64,000 nt of DNA from Candidatus Komeilibacteria bacterium (lineage in GTDB: Bacteria > Patescibacteriota > Patescibacteriia > UBA1558 > GWA2-36-10), in assembly GCA_018656065.1 (NCBI GenBank), contig JABHZY010000024.1, positions 288,970-352,969 on the forward strand. The letters are read 5' to 3'. The notes under the pieces were generated by a model. The model searched no databases, was not told where the DNA came from, and saw nothing but the letters and a program-made list of their open reading frames with translations. Of this stretch, positions 45,441 through 54,860 are shown in pieces (positions within the stretch are counted from its first letter, which is position 1; every line of letters begins with the position of its first letter). A program made the translations under genes and the position numbers.

Positions 45441-45516
45441 TGGTGTCCCCGGCAGGAATCGAACCTGCGACCTTTTGGACCGCAACCAAACGCTCTATCC
45501 ACTGAGCTACGAGGAC
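45441..45516 (-). tRNA. tRNA-Arg (GCG), CCA encoded
   Basis: In the reverse complement GTCCTCGTAGCTCAGTGGATAGAGCGTTTGGTTGCGGTCCAAAAGGTCGCAGGTTCGATTCCTGCCGGGGACACCA, the anticodon stem is TTTGG/CCAAA and the loop is TTGCGGT. A20 and A73 are consistent with Arg identity. Confidence 0.85.
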
Positions 45517-45604
<88 letters not shown>

Positions 45605-45624
45605 ATAGTGTCGAAGACTGCTAT

Positions 45625-45653
45625 ATAATAGTATAATTTTCCATTTTTGACAA
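45625..45653 (-). promoter_or_regulatory. promoter of the tRNA cluster
   Basis: Minus strand: TTGTCA (45653-45648), 17-nt spacer, TATTAT (45630-45625), ~20 nt upstream of the tRNA-Ser(TGA) 5' end. Confidence 0.45.
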
Positions 45654-45719
45654 GGGGTCTAGAAATGGTGGAAATCTTAGTAATATGTTATAATAAATTT
45701 GTTCACATAATATAAACGT

Positions 45720-46286
45720 ATGCCAAAAAAGACAAAAACTACTAAAAAGACCAAAAAAGAACCTAAGTTAAAAAAAGAAGATATTATTGAAGAAAATATT
45801 CCTGATGAAAATGATTTAGTAAGTATATTAGCAATTTGGGAATTTCCTGAATTTATAAAACACGAACGAGGAAAATTATGGTATATTGGTTTCACTATAA
45901 TATTTTTAGCCCTGCTAACTTATAGCTATTTATCTGATAATTTATTATTTGCTATTATATTAGCTATATTCGCTATACTATATTTTACTTCTGGCAAAGA
46001 TGATCCTGTTACTATGGAAACAGCTATTACAGAAGATGGAATATTTATTGGTAACAAATTTATTGACTACGAGGATTTAAGAAGTTTTTATATAATATAT
46101 TATCCTCCAGAAATAAAAAATTTATATTTTGAAACTAAAAGTATAATCAAACAACGAATAGCCATACCATTAGAAGGTCAAGACCCAGTTTATATTAGAG
46201 AGTTATTGTTAGAATATTTAGATGAAGATCTAGAAAAAGAAGAAATACCGACTAGCGAAAGCATAACTAATATACTAAGATTTTAG
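45720..46286 (+). CDS. membrane protein with a Lys-rich N-terminus, unknown function
   Basis: 188 aa, PKKTKTTKKTKKEPKLKKE, then two TM helices and a soluble C-domain. Confidence 0.5.
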   Translation: MPKKTKTTKKTKKEPKLKKEDIIEENIPDENDLVSILAIWEFPEFIKHERGKLWYIGFTIIFLALLTYSYLSDNLLFAIILAIFAILYFTSGKDDPVTMETAITEDGIFIGNKFIDYEDLRSFYIIYYPPEIKNLYFETKSIIKQRIAIPLEGQDPVYIRELLLEYLDEDLEKEEIPTSESITNILRF

Positions 46287-46348
46287 AAAATTTTCCAAAT
46301 AAAATAATAAGCTGGACTTACTAGTCTAGCTTATTTAAAACCCTAAAA

Positions 46349-48427
46349 ATGAAAAGTTCTGATTTAAATCTACATTCTAATGTCAAAGATTTGCATGCTA
46401 TAGCAGCAAATTTATCTTCTGGTTTGAAAAAAATGAACATAAAAACAATTGAAGATTTACTTTGGTATTTTCCTTATCGCTATGATGATCTCAGTGAAAT
46501 AAAAAAAATAAGTGACATATCTGATAGCGAAATAAATACAGTTTTAGTTAAAATTACCAAAATAAAAAGCTATCGAGCTTGGCGAGCCAAAATGATGATT
46601 ACTGAATTAGTGGCTGAAGATGACAGCGGACAAATAGAAGCTATTTGGTTTAGACAAAAATTTGTATCCCAAATATTAAAAGTAGGTGATGAAGTTTATC
46701 TATCAGGTAAAGTAAAAAAGAAAAAAGATACTTGGCAATTTATTAGCCCAAGCTATGAAAAAGACAAACCAGAACTTATTCATAGTGGTCGATTAGTTCC
46801 TATATACCATCTATCAGGTAAAGTTACTCAAAAACAGCTTCGTTTTTTAATAAATAAATCTCTCAAAGATGTCGGTGATATTGATGATCCATTGCCAGTT
46901 GAGATATTAAATAAGGAGAAATTTCCTTGGCTACAAGAGTCTCTAGAACAAATTCATTTTCCTAGCGACAAAGATAATTTGAAAAAAGCTAGTCAAAGAT
47001 TAAAATTTCAAGAATTATTTTATTTACAAATAAAATATAAACTGGCCAAACAAGACTATCAATCTCAAGATACATACCAAATACCCTTAGATAATAAACT
47101 AACTAATAGTCTGCTCAAAGACTTACCTTTTAAACTAACTTTAGATCAACAAAAAGCCTTATATGATATATTAGCTGATCTAAATAAAGAAATGCCAATG
47201 AATAGGCTACTGGAGGGCGATGTAGGCTCTGGCAAGACAATAGTAGCTATTTTAGCTGGCTTAAATGCTATATCTAGTGATTTACAAGTAGCCCTGATGG
47301 CACCTACTGAAATATTAGCTAGTCAACATTTTAAAAACATAAAAAAGCTATTACCTAAAAAATATCTCAAAGATATTGCAATATTAACTAGAACTAGCCA
47401 GGAATTAGGTAATACGAAAAAAATTACTAAAAGCTCTCTAGCGAAAAAAATATCTTCTGGAGATTTAAAGTTTATTATTGGTACTCATAGTTTAATTCAG
47501 GATAAAATAAACTTTAATAGTTTAGGTCTGGTAATTATTGATGAACAACATCGTTTTGGTGTTAAACAAAGAAAGGCTCTAAAAAATAAAAATAAAGACA
47601 ATCGAGCGCCTCACTTATTATCAATGACTGCCACGCCTATCCCCCGAACTCTAAGTTTAACTCTTTATGGAGATCTTGATATTTCCCTTATCAAAGAAAA
47701 ACCAGCTGGTCGACAAGATATAAAAACTTTTTTAGTGCCTGATCAAAAAAGGGCAGATGCCTATAAATTTATATTAGATAAAATAAAAAACAAAGAACAA
47801 GCTTTTATAATTTGTCCCCTAATAGATGAAAGTGATAAACTAGGCGTAAAATCTGTCACAAGTGAATATAAAAAGCTAAACAAAGATATTTTTCCAGATT
47901 TAGATATTCGTATGTTACATGGCAAATTAAAGTCTGAAGCCAAAGAGAAAATAATGGAAGATTTCAAAAACAATAAATTTCCTATGCTAGTAGCCACCTC
48001 AGTAATTGAAGTAGGTGTTGATATACCTGGTGCTACTATGATGATTATAGAGAGCGCCGAAAGATTTGGTCTTAGTCAATTGCATCAATTCCGAGGTAGA
48101 ATTGGTAGAAATAACAAAGAAAGTTTTTGTATGCTGTTTACTACTGATAGTTCTCATAATGACAAAACTAGATTACAAGCTCTTAGCAAAACAAATGATG
48201 GCTTTAAATTGGCTGATTTAGATTTAGAATTGCGTGGTAGTGGAGAGGTATTTGGTAATAAACAAACAGGTTTAATAAGATTAAAAATTGCTAAATTATC
48301 AGAAACACGACTAATTAAAAAAGCCCAAAAATGGGCTCAGAAAATATTATCTGATCAAAAATATCTTAATAGGCAAGATTTACAAAATACTATAGAAGCT
48401 TTAAAAACGGAAGCACATTTGGAATAA
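46349..48427 (+). CDS. recG: ATP-dependent DNA helicase RecG
   Basis: 692 aa with a wedge/OB N-domain, GDVGSGKT, DEQHRFGV, TATPIPRT and QLHQFRGRIGR. Confidence 0.95.
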   Translation: MKSSDLNLHSNVKDLHAIAANLSSGLKKMNIKTIEDLLWYFPYRYDDLSEIKKISDISDSEINTVLVKITKIKSYRAWRAKMMITELVAEDDSGQIEAIWFRQKFVSQILKVGDEVYLSGKVKKKKDTWQFISPSYEKDKPELIHSGRLVPIYHLSGKVTQKQLRFLINKSLKDVGDIDDPLPVEILNKEKFPWLQESLEQIHFPSDKDNLKKASQRLKFQELFYLQIKYKLAKQDYQSQDTYQIPLDNKLTNSLLKDLPFKLTLDQQKALYDILADLNKEMPMNRLLEGDVGSGKTIVAILAGLNAISSDLQVALMAPTEILASQHFKNIKKLLPKKYLKDIAILTRTSQELGNTKKITKSSLAKKISSGDLKFIIGTHSLIQDKINFNSLGLVIIDEQHRFGVKQRKALKNKNKDNRAPHLLSMTATPIPRTLSLTLYGDLDISLIKEKPAGRQDIKTFLVPDQKRADAYKFILDKIKNKEQAFIICPLIDESDKLGVKSVTSEYKKLNKDIFPDLDIRMLHGKLKSEAKEKIMEDFKNNKFPMLVATSVIEVGVDIPGATMMIIESAERFGLSQLHQFRGRIGRNNKESFCMLFTTDSSHNDKTRLQALSKTNDGFKLADLDLELRGSGEVFGNKQTGLIRLKIAKLSETRLIKKAQKWAQKILSDQKYLNRQDLQNTIEALKTEAHLE

Positions 48428-48439
48428 TTTATAATTTCA

Positions 48440-49303
48440 TTAATTTAATTCCAAACATTTTCCATCAATATCAGGTAACCCTATTTCACGATTTGGACCA
48501 CCTGCCTCATATTCTTCATTATCACAATCACAAGGATCTATATTTGCGAGAAAAGCTGATGAATACCAAGTGCACGGACAAGTATTTGGACACTGAATGC
48601 ACTCTACAAAAACATTATCAACAATTCTAGGCACACATCTATCATCTGCTCTCTTTTCTATCCTAGACAAGCCATCATCAACCTTACATAAATCTGCTTC
48701 ACAAAGCATTTGTTCGTTATAATCTTCGCATTTCAAATCTTTCACATCATCTTTTTCATGCTCAGCTAACATATTTGCACACTGTCCAAAATTTGCATCT
48801 TGCATAGAATCTATCAGATCCTGCGATAATTCAACATCTAAGCTTTGAATTGAATTAAAATTTTCACTAATTTGTCTAAGTAATAATTGACCTCCAAATA
48901 AAAGAGCTAAACCCAATAATACACCATTTACTATTTGTTTAGCCTCCGTTATCTTAGATGCATTACCTGCTGCCAATAACCATCTCCAACCAGCAATCAC
49001 CAGCATAAACATAGCTATAATACCAGCAAATCCAGCTCCGTAAGTATAAATAGCTACAATATATTTAGCTAAAAATGTTCCATCAGTAACAGGATTATCT
49101 TGAGCAAAATCTATTACGCCATCAGCTGATTTTATTGGTATTGGTATGTTTGGTCTATAACATAGTTGATCCCATGAACATTCAGCGGCCTGCACTTCAA
49201 GTCCCACTAATAGAACTGAAAAAAATACTAAGAAAAATCCTAAGGCAAATAATTTCTTTTTTTTCACCCCTTTAAAAATTCTTGGTTGTTTTTTTATATT
49301 CAT
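48440..49303 (-). CDS. TrbC/VirB2-like two-helix pilin-type protein with a ~130-aa Cys-rich C-terminal extension
   Basis: 287 aa with a signal peptide (..GLEVQAA|E). Its hydrophobic hairpin is YIVAIYTYGAGFAGIIAMFMLVIAGWRWLLAAGNASKITEAKQIVNGVLLGLALLFGGQLLL. It ends in an acidic tail with 14 Cys. Confidence 0.5.
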   Translation of the reverse strand: MNIKKQPRIFKGVKKKKLFALGFFLVFFSVLLVGLEVQAAECSWDQLCYRPNIPIPIKSADGVIDFAQDNPVTDGTFLAKYIVAIYTYGAGFAGIIAMFMLVIAGWRWLLAAGNASKITEAKQIVNGVLLGLALLFGGQLLLRQISENFNSIQSLDVELSQDLIDSMQDANFGQCANMLAEHEKDDVKDLKCEDYNEQMLCEADLCKVDDGLSRIEKRADDRCVPRIVDNVFVECIQCPNTCPCTWYSSAFLANIDPCDCDNEEYEAGGPNREIGLPDIDGKCLELN

Positions 49304-49397
49304 ATAGTAAAATTAATATTTCTATACTTTATATTATACCTCTTTACCTAGTTAGAGTAAATTTCTAAACGAGGTAAATAAATATTTAAATTAAATT

Positions 49398-50621
49398 TTA
49401 TTGTAATCTAATACTTTGTAAATTGCCATCACTATCTGTAAAATATAAAACTGATCCGTCTGGAGATGGAAAAAGATTGCGTGCGCTATAAGAACCATTT
49501 TCTCCAACTGGACTAGCTATTAAATTTTTCACACCTGAATTCAAATTTATATAATAAAAATTATCAGGATAACGATCTGCTATTTCTGGATAAAGGCCAG
49601 CTCCTCTGGGTAATCCTTGAGGAACAGCACAATACATGCCATCATCTCCAGAAAAAGTACATTTGTCCGGCCAAGTAGCTACATTCAAAGATACTTTTGT
49701 ATCACCTAACTCACTAGTTCTACCATTGGTAATCCATAAATTTGGATTATAATTACTACTTTCATTGTAAACACTGTAAACCATACTAGAGCCTTCTGGA
49801 GACCAATCATACTCAAAACCAGCGCCATCAACTTTAAAAGCTTTAAACGTCTCACCATTTAAACCAATAGGATATATTTCTTGTCTTTGAGCATCTATAT
49901 ATTTCCTATGCATAATAGCTACCTGATTATCAGGTGAGAATTCTACAAAAGTATGATGTGCTTGATCGCCAAGAGGTTCGATTAAAGACATTCCTGAACC
50001 ATCATCATTAGCTAATACTAACCAATTATCTTCTTCATGTGCACCAATCCATTTAGCAGCTATTTTATTATTGGAAGCATCAAAACCAAAATCCTCCATT
50101 TCTGATGGCAAAGTAACTTGCCGACCAGTTTTAAAATCGTATAAAATATTTGAACCGTCTGGATATTCTAAAATTGCTTTATCACCATTCCCAGACCAAG
50201 TAACCTTATCTACCTTATAAAATAATTTGTTGCTCAATTCCTCAATTTCTCCATTTTCATTAATACGATAAAATTTTTGAGTTTCAGTATCATAATACTG
50301 TAGACCATCTGGACTAGAAGTAATCCCTCTTACTTCATTAGGAATTAATTCACTTACAGTGGTTAATCCTCCATTAGCCACATCTGATATCTTGTCCTGA
50401 ATATAGACCTGCCAAGGTAAAATACCATTACTATTATCATTGACGTTGTCATTTATAATAGTAACATTACCATTGCCAATTCCTGGTAAACCACCAGGCC
50501 CAAAATTACCATCTGGAGTAGTTGTTGAAATTGGTTTAAAAAATACCCAATAAAGTGCAAAACCTATGCCAAGAACAAAGGCAATGAAAGCTATTACTAA
50601 TAAAATCTTTTTTTTATTCAT
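49398..50621 (-). CDS. membrane-anchored PD40/TolB-like beta-propeller protein
   Basis: 407 aa with an N-terminal TM segment. It has repeated (F/W/P)SPD(G/N) blades (SSPDGLQYY, FSPDNQVAI, WSPEGSSMVY, PSPDGSVLYF). Confidence 0.65.
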   Translation of the reverse strand: MNKKKILLVIAFIAFVLGIGFALYWVFFKPISTTTPDGNFGPGGLPGIGNGNVTIINDNVNDNSNGILPWQVYIQDKISDVANGGLTTVSELIPNEVRGITSSPDGLQYYDTETQKFYRINENGEIEELSNKLFYKVDKVTWSGNGDKAILEYPDGSNILYDFKTGRQVTLPSEMEDFGFDASNNKIAAKWIGAHEEDNWLVLANDDGSGMSLIEPLGDQAHHTFVEFSPDNQVAIMHRKYIDAQRQEIYPIGLNGETFKAFKVDGAGFEYDWSPEGSSMVYSVYNESSNYNPNLWITNGRTSELGDTKVSLNVATWPDKCTFSGDDGMYCAVPQGLPRGAGLYPEIADRYPDNFYYINLNSGVKNLIASPVGENGSYSARNLFPSPDGSVLYFTDSDGNLQSIRLQ

Positions 50622-50638
50622 ATTATATATTTATAAAA

Positions 50639-51136
50639 TCAAAAAGGGTTTAAAAAATCTCCAACGATACCTATTAATTCTCCGCCAATTCCTGGTAAAA
50701 GTTTAGCTGCCTCTATAGGACTGCTCACAAATACAGCTGCTGGGGCTAACATAAGTAATACTAGTATTACTGCCATTCCCACAATACCTGATAAAAATAT
50801 CCAAACTGGAAACTCCCACCATGCTTTATCACCAAGACCATCTAACTTAGCAATAAGCTTGGAGCCCGCTAGATTACCCCCAATTGCTTGTACTGATCGT
50901 AGTAAAAAGGTAATTATCAGACCAAATCCTGTAGCCGCACAAATCCGAGCAATAATTCTCGCAAACGCCTTCCGAGCTTCTTTTTTAAGTTTTTCTGAGC
51001 CTGCTTTTTTTAAATTTGCTGCCTTTAATTTCTCAGCCTTAGCTCTGGTTTGCCTCATCTTCTGCTGAAGCCGCCTTCTGCGTCCCGGTTCAGCGGCACC
51101 ACTACCTGAATTTGAATTGTTAGCTTCTTCTGGCAT
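50639..51136 (-). CDS. small membrane protein with a basic N-terminus and 2-3 TM segments, unknown function
   Basis: 165 aa, RRRRLQQKMRQTRAKAEKLKAANLKK, then hydrophobic helices. The 5' part of the gene is noticeably GC-richer than its surroundings. Confidence 0.4.
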   Translation of the reverse strand: MPEEANNSNSGSGAAEPGRRRRLQQKMRQTRAKAEKLKAANLKKAGSEKLKKEARKAFARIIARICAATGFGLIITFLLRSVQAIGGNLAGSKLIAKLDGLGDKAWWEFPVWIFLSGIVGMAVILVLLMLAPAAVFVSSPIEAAKLLPGIGGELIGIVGDFLNPF

Positions 51137-51139
51137 AAC

Positions 51140-51694
51140 TTATTCCCAATAAAATTCATCAACTAACCATTTATCAGCTGATTTTACTAATCTTACGCTC
51201 GCATCTTGATAATAAATTTTTTCTTCTAACTTATCATTAGTCTCAATCTTTTGAGTGCCTACTAAAATTTCTGCCTTATCATCATCCATGCTAACAATAC
51301 TAGTTGTTAAACTTTTAGTAGTAAGCCCCATAAACTCTTCTGTCTCATAATCTAACTCTATATTCCGAAGGTAATTTTGCATTCTGGTTGTACTAAGTGG
51401 TAATAACTCATTTAAATTATTCCCTTGGTTATCTGTAGACCAAGAACCAAATCTAGCTGCATAATTTTTTGCTAAATTAATAGCTGAAAATTCAGTAGGA
51501 CTTTCTGTCGGCACTTCTATGTCCTGATATTCTATTTGAGTACTAGAAGGAGTAAACACTGGAGGTTCAGTATTTGTATTGCCATCAAGCGTAGAATTAT
51601 TATCACTAGTTCTAAGCACCCACAATAAGAAAGCTAGAAGCAAAATAACAATTGCTATTACCCATAGTATTTTTTTTCTTTTTTCTTTATCCAT
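51140..51694 (-). CDS. N-terminally anchored protein, unknown function
   Basis: 184 aa with a single TM segment (ILWVIAIVILLLAFLLWVL) and a soluble domain. Confidence 0.4.
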   Translation of the reverse strand: MDKEKRKKILWVIAIVILLLAFLLWVLRTSDNNSTLDGNTNTEPPVFTPSSTQIEYQDIEVPTESPTEFSAINLAKNYAARFGSWSTDNQGNNLNELLPLSTTRMQNYLRNIELDYETEEFMGLTTKSLTTSIVSMDDDKAEILVGTQKIETNDKLEEKIYYQDASVRLVKSADKWLVDEFYWE

Positions 51695-51729
51695 ATTATT
51701 TACTCTTTTAATATATTAGTAAATCTATA

Positions 51730-53691
51730 TTATATTGAATCAGATTCTACACCCTCTTCTTCACTAACTTGTTTTTCATTGGGATTTTTTTCTGCCTCAG
51801 CCATCATTTGTTCCTCAAATTCTTTTTTGGCTTCTTCAATTTCAAGCAATTGTCTTGGGTCAGAAGTGATAATTTGATTTTCGCCATAAGAGGCTTGTAT
51901 TTTTATAGCCGCATGCTTAGCTCCAGCAAAAAATATGCCTTCTCCTAAACCAGCCTCTAATAATAAATATTTCTCTCCTTCAGTAAGCATAAATGTTTTC
52001 TGTACAAGATTCACAGCTGCTGGTGTTTGTTTAAGTAATAGCTGTAAAGCACAATTAGTCACGATTGCATTTCCATAGGTAGAAGTCAAAAAGTCATTAA
52101 CATCTTGAGTAATGGTAGTAATTCCTAAATAATATTTACGACAACGTTTTACTAAAGCAAACATAAATTTAGAACTATCTTCATGTCTCATCATAATCCA
52201 GGCCTCGTCTACTACTAGCATCCTACGCTTAAGTTCGCTTCTAATAATATTCCAAATATGCGTCATAATCATATACATAGCTATTGGACGAAGCTCATCT
52301 TCTAAGTCTCTAATACAAAATATTACCAATTGGTTATCTACTTTTATATTAGTAGGACTGTTAAACAACCCTGAAAAAGTACCTTCTGTATATTTCTTAA
52401 TTCTTAAGGCCATATCCTCTCCACCTTCCATACTAAGTAACACTTCTTCTAGGTCTGACATAATAGGTGGATCTATATTAGATAAATCACTAGCTGCTGT
52501 AATATCTTTTTTGGCATAAGTTTCTAAAATTGCTCTATCAAGTAAAGAATCTTCTACATTAGTAATATCCCCTATCATTAATCTAATCAAACCTTTTAGG
52601 GTTATAATAGCACTTCTCAAAATATCTTCGGGCTTACTATCTCCACCAACACCTTTTGGCAAGTCAAAAGGATTCATCTTACTTTCAGAATTTAAAGATA
52701 CATTTATATAAGCACCGCCCACTGCTTCTGAAAGATGCTGATATTCATTTTCTGGATCAATAATGATTACATCTGTACCAAGCATCATTGAACGTAATAC
52801 TTCTAATTTAATAGCGTAAGATTTTCCAGCTCCAGAAGTGGCAAAAACAACCATATTAGCATTTTGTAAAGAAAATCTATCAAATAATATTAAACTATTA
52901 TTATGTCTATTTATACCATACAATATTCCATCATCTGAGGTTAATTCAGAAGATACAAAAGGAAATGATGAGGCAATCGGAGAACTATTCATATTAGTAG
53001 AAATATTTAGTTCGTCATTTCCTAAAGGCAAGGTTGAATTAAAACCTTGTTCAGATTGAAAGAGAGCTCGACGGGAGTAAATTAATTGCATTCCTAATAA
53101 ATTTTCTACCCTATCTGTAGCTAAATCCAATTCTTCTTTATCTTTTGAATAAATAGTGACATATAAAGCAAATTGAAAAAATTTCTCTGTACCCTGACTT
53201 AAGCCATCACGAAGAGCTTCAATGTCTTGAAGAGCTGTTTCGGTAATAGGATCACGAGGGGCTCCTTTTTCATGGTCAGATATAATTTGAGCCTCCATGG
53301 TACCAACTTTATTTTTCAATTGTTTAAGTACCATCTGAATGTCTAATGGATAGAAAAACATAGAAATATCTAAGGTAAGGCTTTCATTGATAATTGGAGC
53401 AAACCAACCAATAGTTACATAACGAGGATAAGTCATTACAAATAGAGTACGTACGTACAAATTATTGAGTCGCAAATAATGCGGGTCCACTCTCAAAGCT
53501 GCTGGAGCAATAATATCTCTAACAGATACCACTCCTTCCCTAAAAACTTTTTCAGCTTCAATTAATTGCTTTTCGCGAGCAATATTTTCTTTAGGAGATA
53601 CTTGAGTTTTTGTATTAGCTGACAATTTCTCTAACTCTTTATCTACCTTAACCTCTTTTTGGGCTTGTTTTATTTTATTAAAACCAAACAT
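51730..53691 (-). CDS. virB4: VirB4/TraC/TrsE-family type IV secretion ATPase
   Basis: 653 aa. The N-domain (DIIAPAALRVDPHYLRLNNLYVRTLFVMTYPRYVTIGWFAPII) is typical of VirB4-type proteins. It has Walker A FATSGAGKSY and Walker B MLVVDEAW. Confidence 0.85.
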   Translation of the reverse strand: MFGFNKIKQAQKEVKVDKELEKLSANTKTQVSPKENIAREKQLIEAEKVFREGVVSVRDIIAPAALRVDPHYLRLNNLYVRTLFVMTYPRYVTIGWFAPIINESLTLDISMFFYPLDIQMVLKQLKNKVGTMEAQIISDHEKGAPRDPITETALQDIEALRDGLSQGTEKFFQFALYVTIYSKDKEELDLATDRVENLLGMQLIYSRRALFQSEQGFNSTLPLGNDELNISTNMNSSPIASSFPFVSSELTSDDGILYGINRHNNSLILFDRFSLQNANMVVFATSGAGKSYAIKLEVLRSMMLGTDVIIIDPENEYQHLSEAVGGAYINVSLNSESKMNPFDLPKGVGGDSKPEDILRSAIITLKGLIRLMIGDITNVEDSLLDRAILETYAKKDITAASDLSNIDPPIMSDLEEVLLSMEGGEDMALRIKKYTEGTFSGLFNSPTNIKVDNQLVIFCIRDLEDELRPIAMYMIMTHIWNIIRSELKRRMLVVDEAWIMMRHEDSSKFMFALVKRCRKYYLGITTITQDVNDFLTSTYGNAIVTNCALQLLLKQTPAAVNLVQKTFMLTEGEKYLLLEAGLGEGIFFAGAKHAAIKIQASYGENQIITSDPRQLLEIEEAKKEFEEQMMAEAEKNPNEKQVSEEEGVESDSI

Positions 53692-54371
53692 TATGTTTCA
53701 ATGGTTAATTTATTTATATCATCCATCGGTTGCTTTTGAAATAAATCTGGATTATAACTATTATAATAAAGTTCAATTAAAGCTTGAGTACTCAAACGTT
53801 GACTTCTAAGTCCTAAACTACCTAGGCCAGATGCAATAAAGCCACATCGTTTTTCTAGTTGTCCACTAAACTCTTCAAAACGTTTACGACTAAGACTAAC
53901 GACTTTAGCGGAAGAGAATACCGCAGAAAACCTAGACATAAAACCTCTTTTGGTGTCACTAATTGGACTATAAGGCACTATTACATAAAATTTCTTACTC
54001 ATAATTTGTTCTAAAGTAAGTAACTCTTGTACAAAGCCTCGATAATCAGCCGTCTGCATACGTAAGAGTTCATTAGTTTGTTCTCTTTCCATCTTTTTCA
54101 ATCGATCTATATAATCATCAATATTTAAAGGTCGAGATTGAATGATTACTTGTAACGGATAATCTAAAGTGTTTAAAAAATTAACATAATTACCAATAGT
54201 AGCCCTTTGCTCATCTTCTGATTTAAGATCAAAGTTTATTGATGCTACCAACAATACCCCTCTAACTGTACCATCATTTAACACAACTAAATCATCTCGA
54301 ATTTCTGCAATATCTAAATATTTTTGAGTTGCGGTTGATGTTACATTGCCAGCTAATTTTTTATTTCTCAT
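53691..54371 (-). CDS. conserved-looking cytoplasmic protein of the secretion cluster, unknown function
   Basis: 226 aa. Its stop overlaps the virB4 start (1-nt overlap), which implies translational coupling. Confidence 0.45.
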   Translation of the reverse strand: MRNKKLAGNVTSTATQKYLDIAEIRDDLVVLNDGTVRGVLLVASINFDLKSEDEQRATIGNYVNFLNTLDYPLQVIIQSRPLNIDDYIDRLKKMEREQTNELLRMQTADYRGFVQELLTLEQIMSKKFYVIVPYSPISDTKRGFMSRFSAVFSSAKVVSLSRKRFEEFSGQLEKRCGFIASGLGSLGLRSQRLSTQALIELYYNSYNPDLFQKQPMDDINKLTIET

Positions 54372-54380
54372 AATGCTTTA

Positions 54381-54857
54381 TTAAATATTTTTATTGGAAA
54401 AACTAACGTTATTTTCCGTATTCGCTAGTTGTTCTCCTTTATAAACTCCACCTGTATCTATTATTAAAGAAAGCTCAGACAATTTCTTACTTGGTGCCAT
54501 CTTCTTTGGAGCAACTAAAACATCTTTTTCTGATTTTTCATTTTTTAATTTAAATTCTTTAACTCTAATTTCTTGTTTATGCCAAACACGCAAAGATGGC
54601 TTCTTAAAGGTTGTTTCAATAAAATTAACTGCAAATATATGGAATGGCGCTCCATTAACTTTATAAAAAGCAAAAACTCCGACCAAGGCTGCTATTACTA
54701 CTGCCAAAAATATAAATAAAGCAAAATCTGATGTTTTGTAAGCAACAAAAGCGAAGAAAAAACCTGATAATATTATAATAAATTGCCGAACAGTAATTGG
54801 TCCCCAAATTTTATCCTCTGAATCTATAAATTGTGGCACTATAAATCTTTCTGGCAT
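54381..54857 (-). CDS. PrgI-family (VirB3-like) membrane protein
   Basis: 158 aa. MPERFIVPQFIDSEDKIWGPITVRQFIIILSGFFFAFVAY plus a second TM segment is the typical PrgI-family N-terminus. Confidence 0.7.
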   Translation of the reverse strand: MPERFIVPQFIDSEDKIWGPITVRQFIIILSGFFFAFVAYKTSDFALFIFLAVVIAALVGVFAFYKVNGAPFHIFAVNFIETTFKKPSLRVWHKQEIRVKEFKLKNEKSEKDVLVAPKKMAPSKKLSELSLIIDTGGVYKGEQLANTENNVSFSNKNI

Positions 54858-54860
54858 AAA

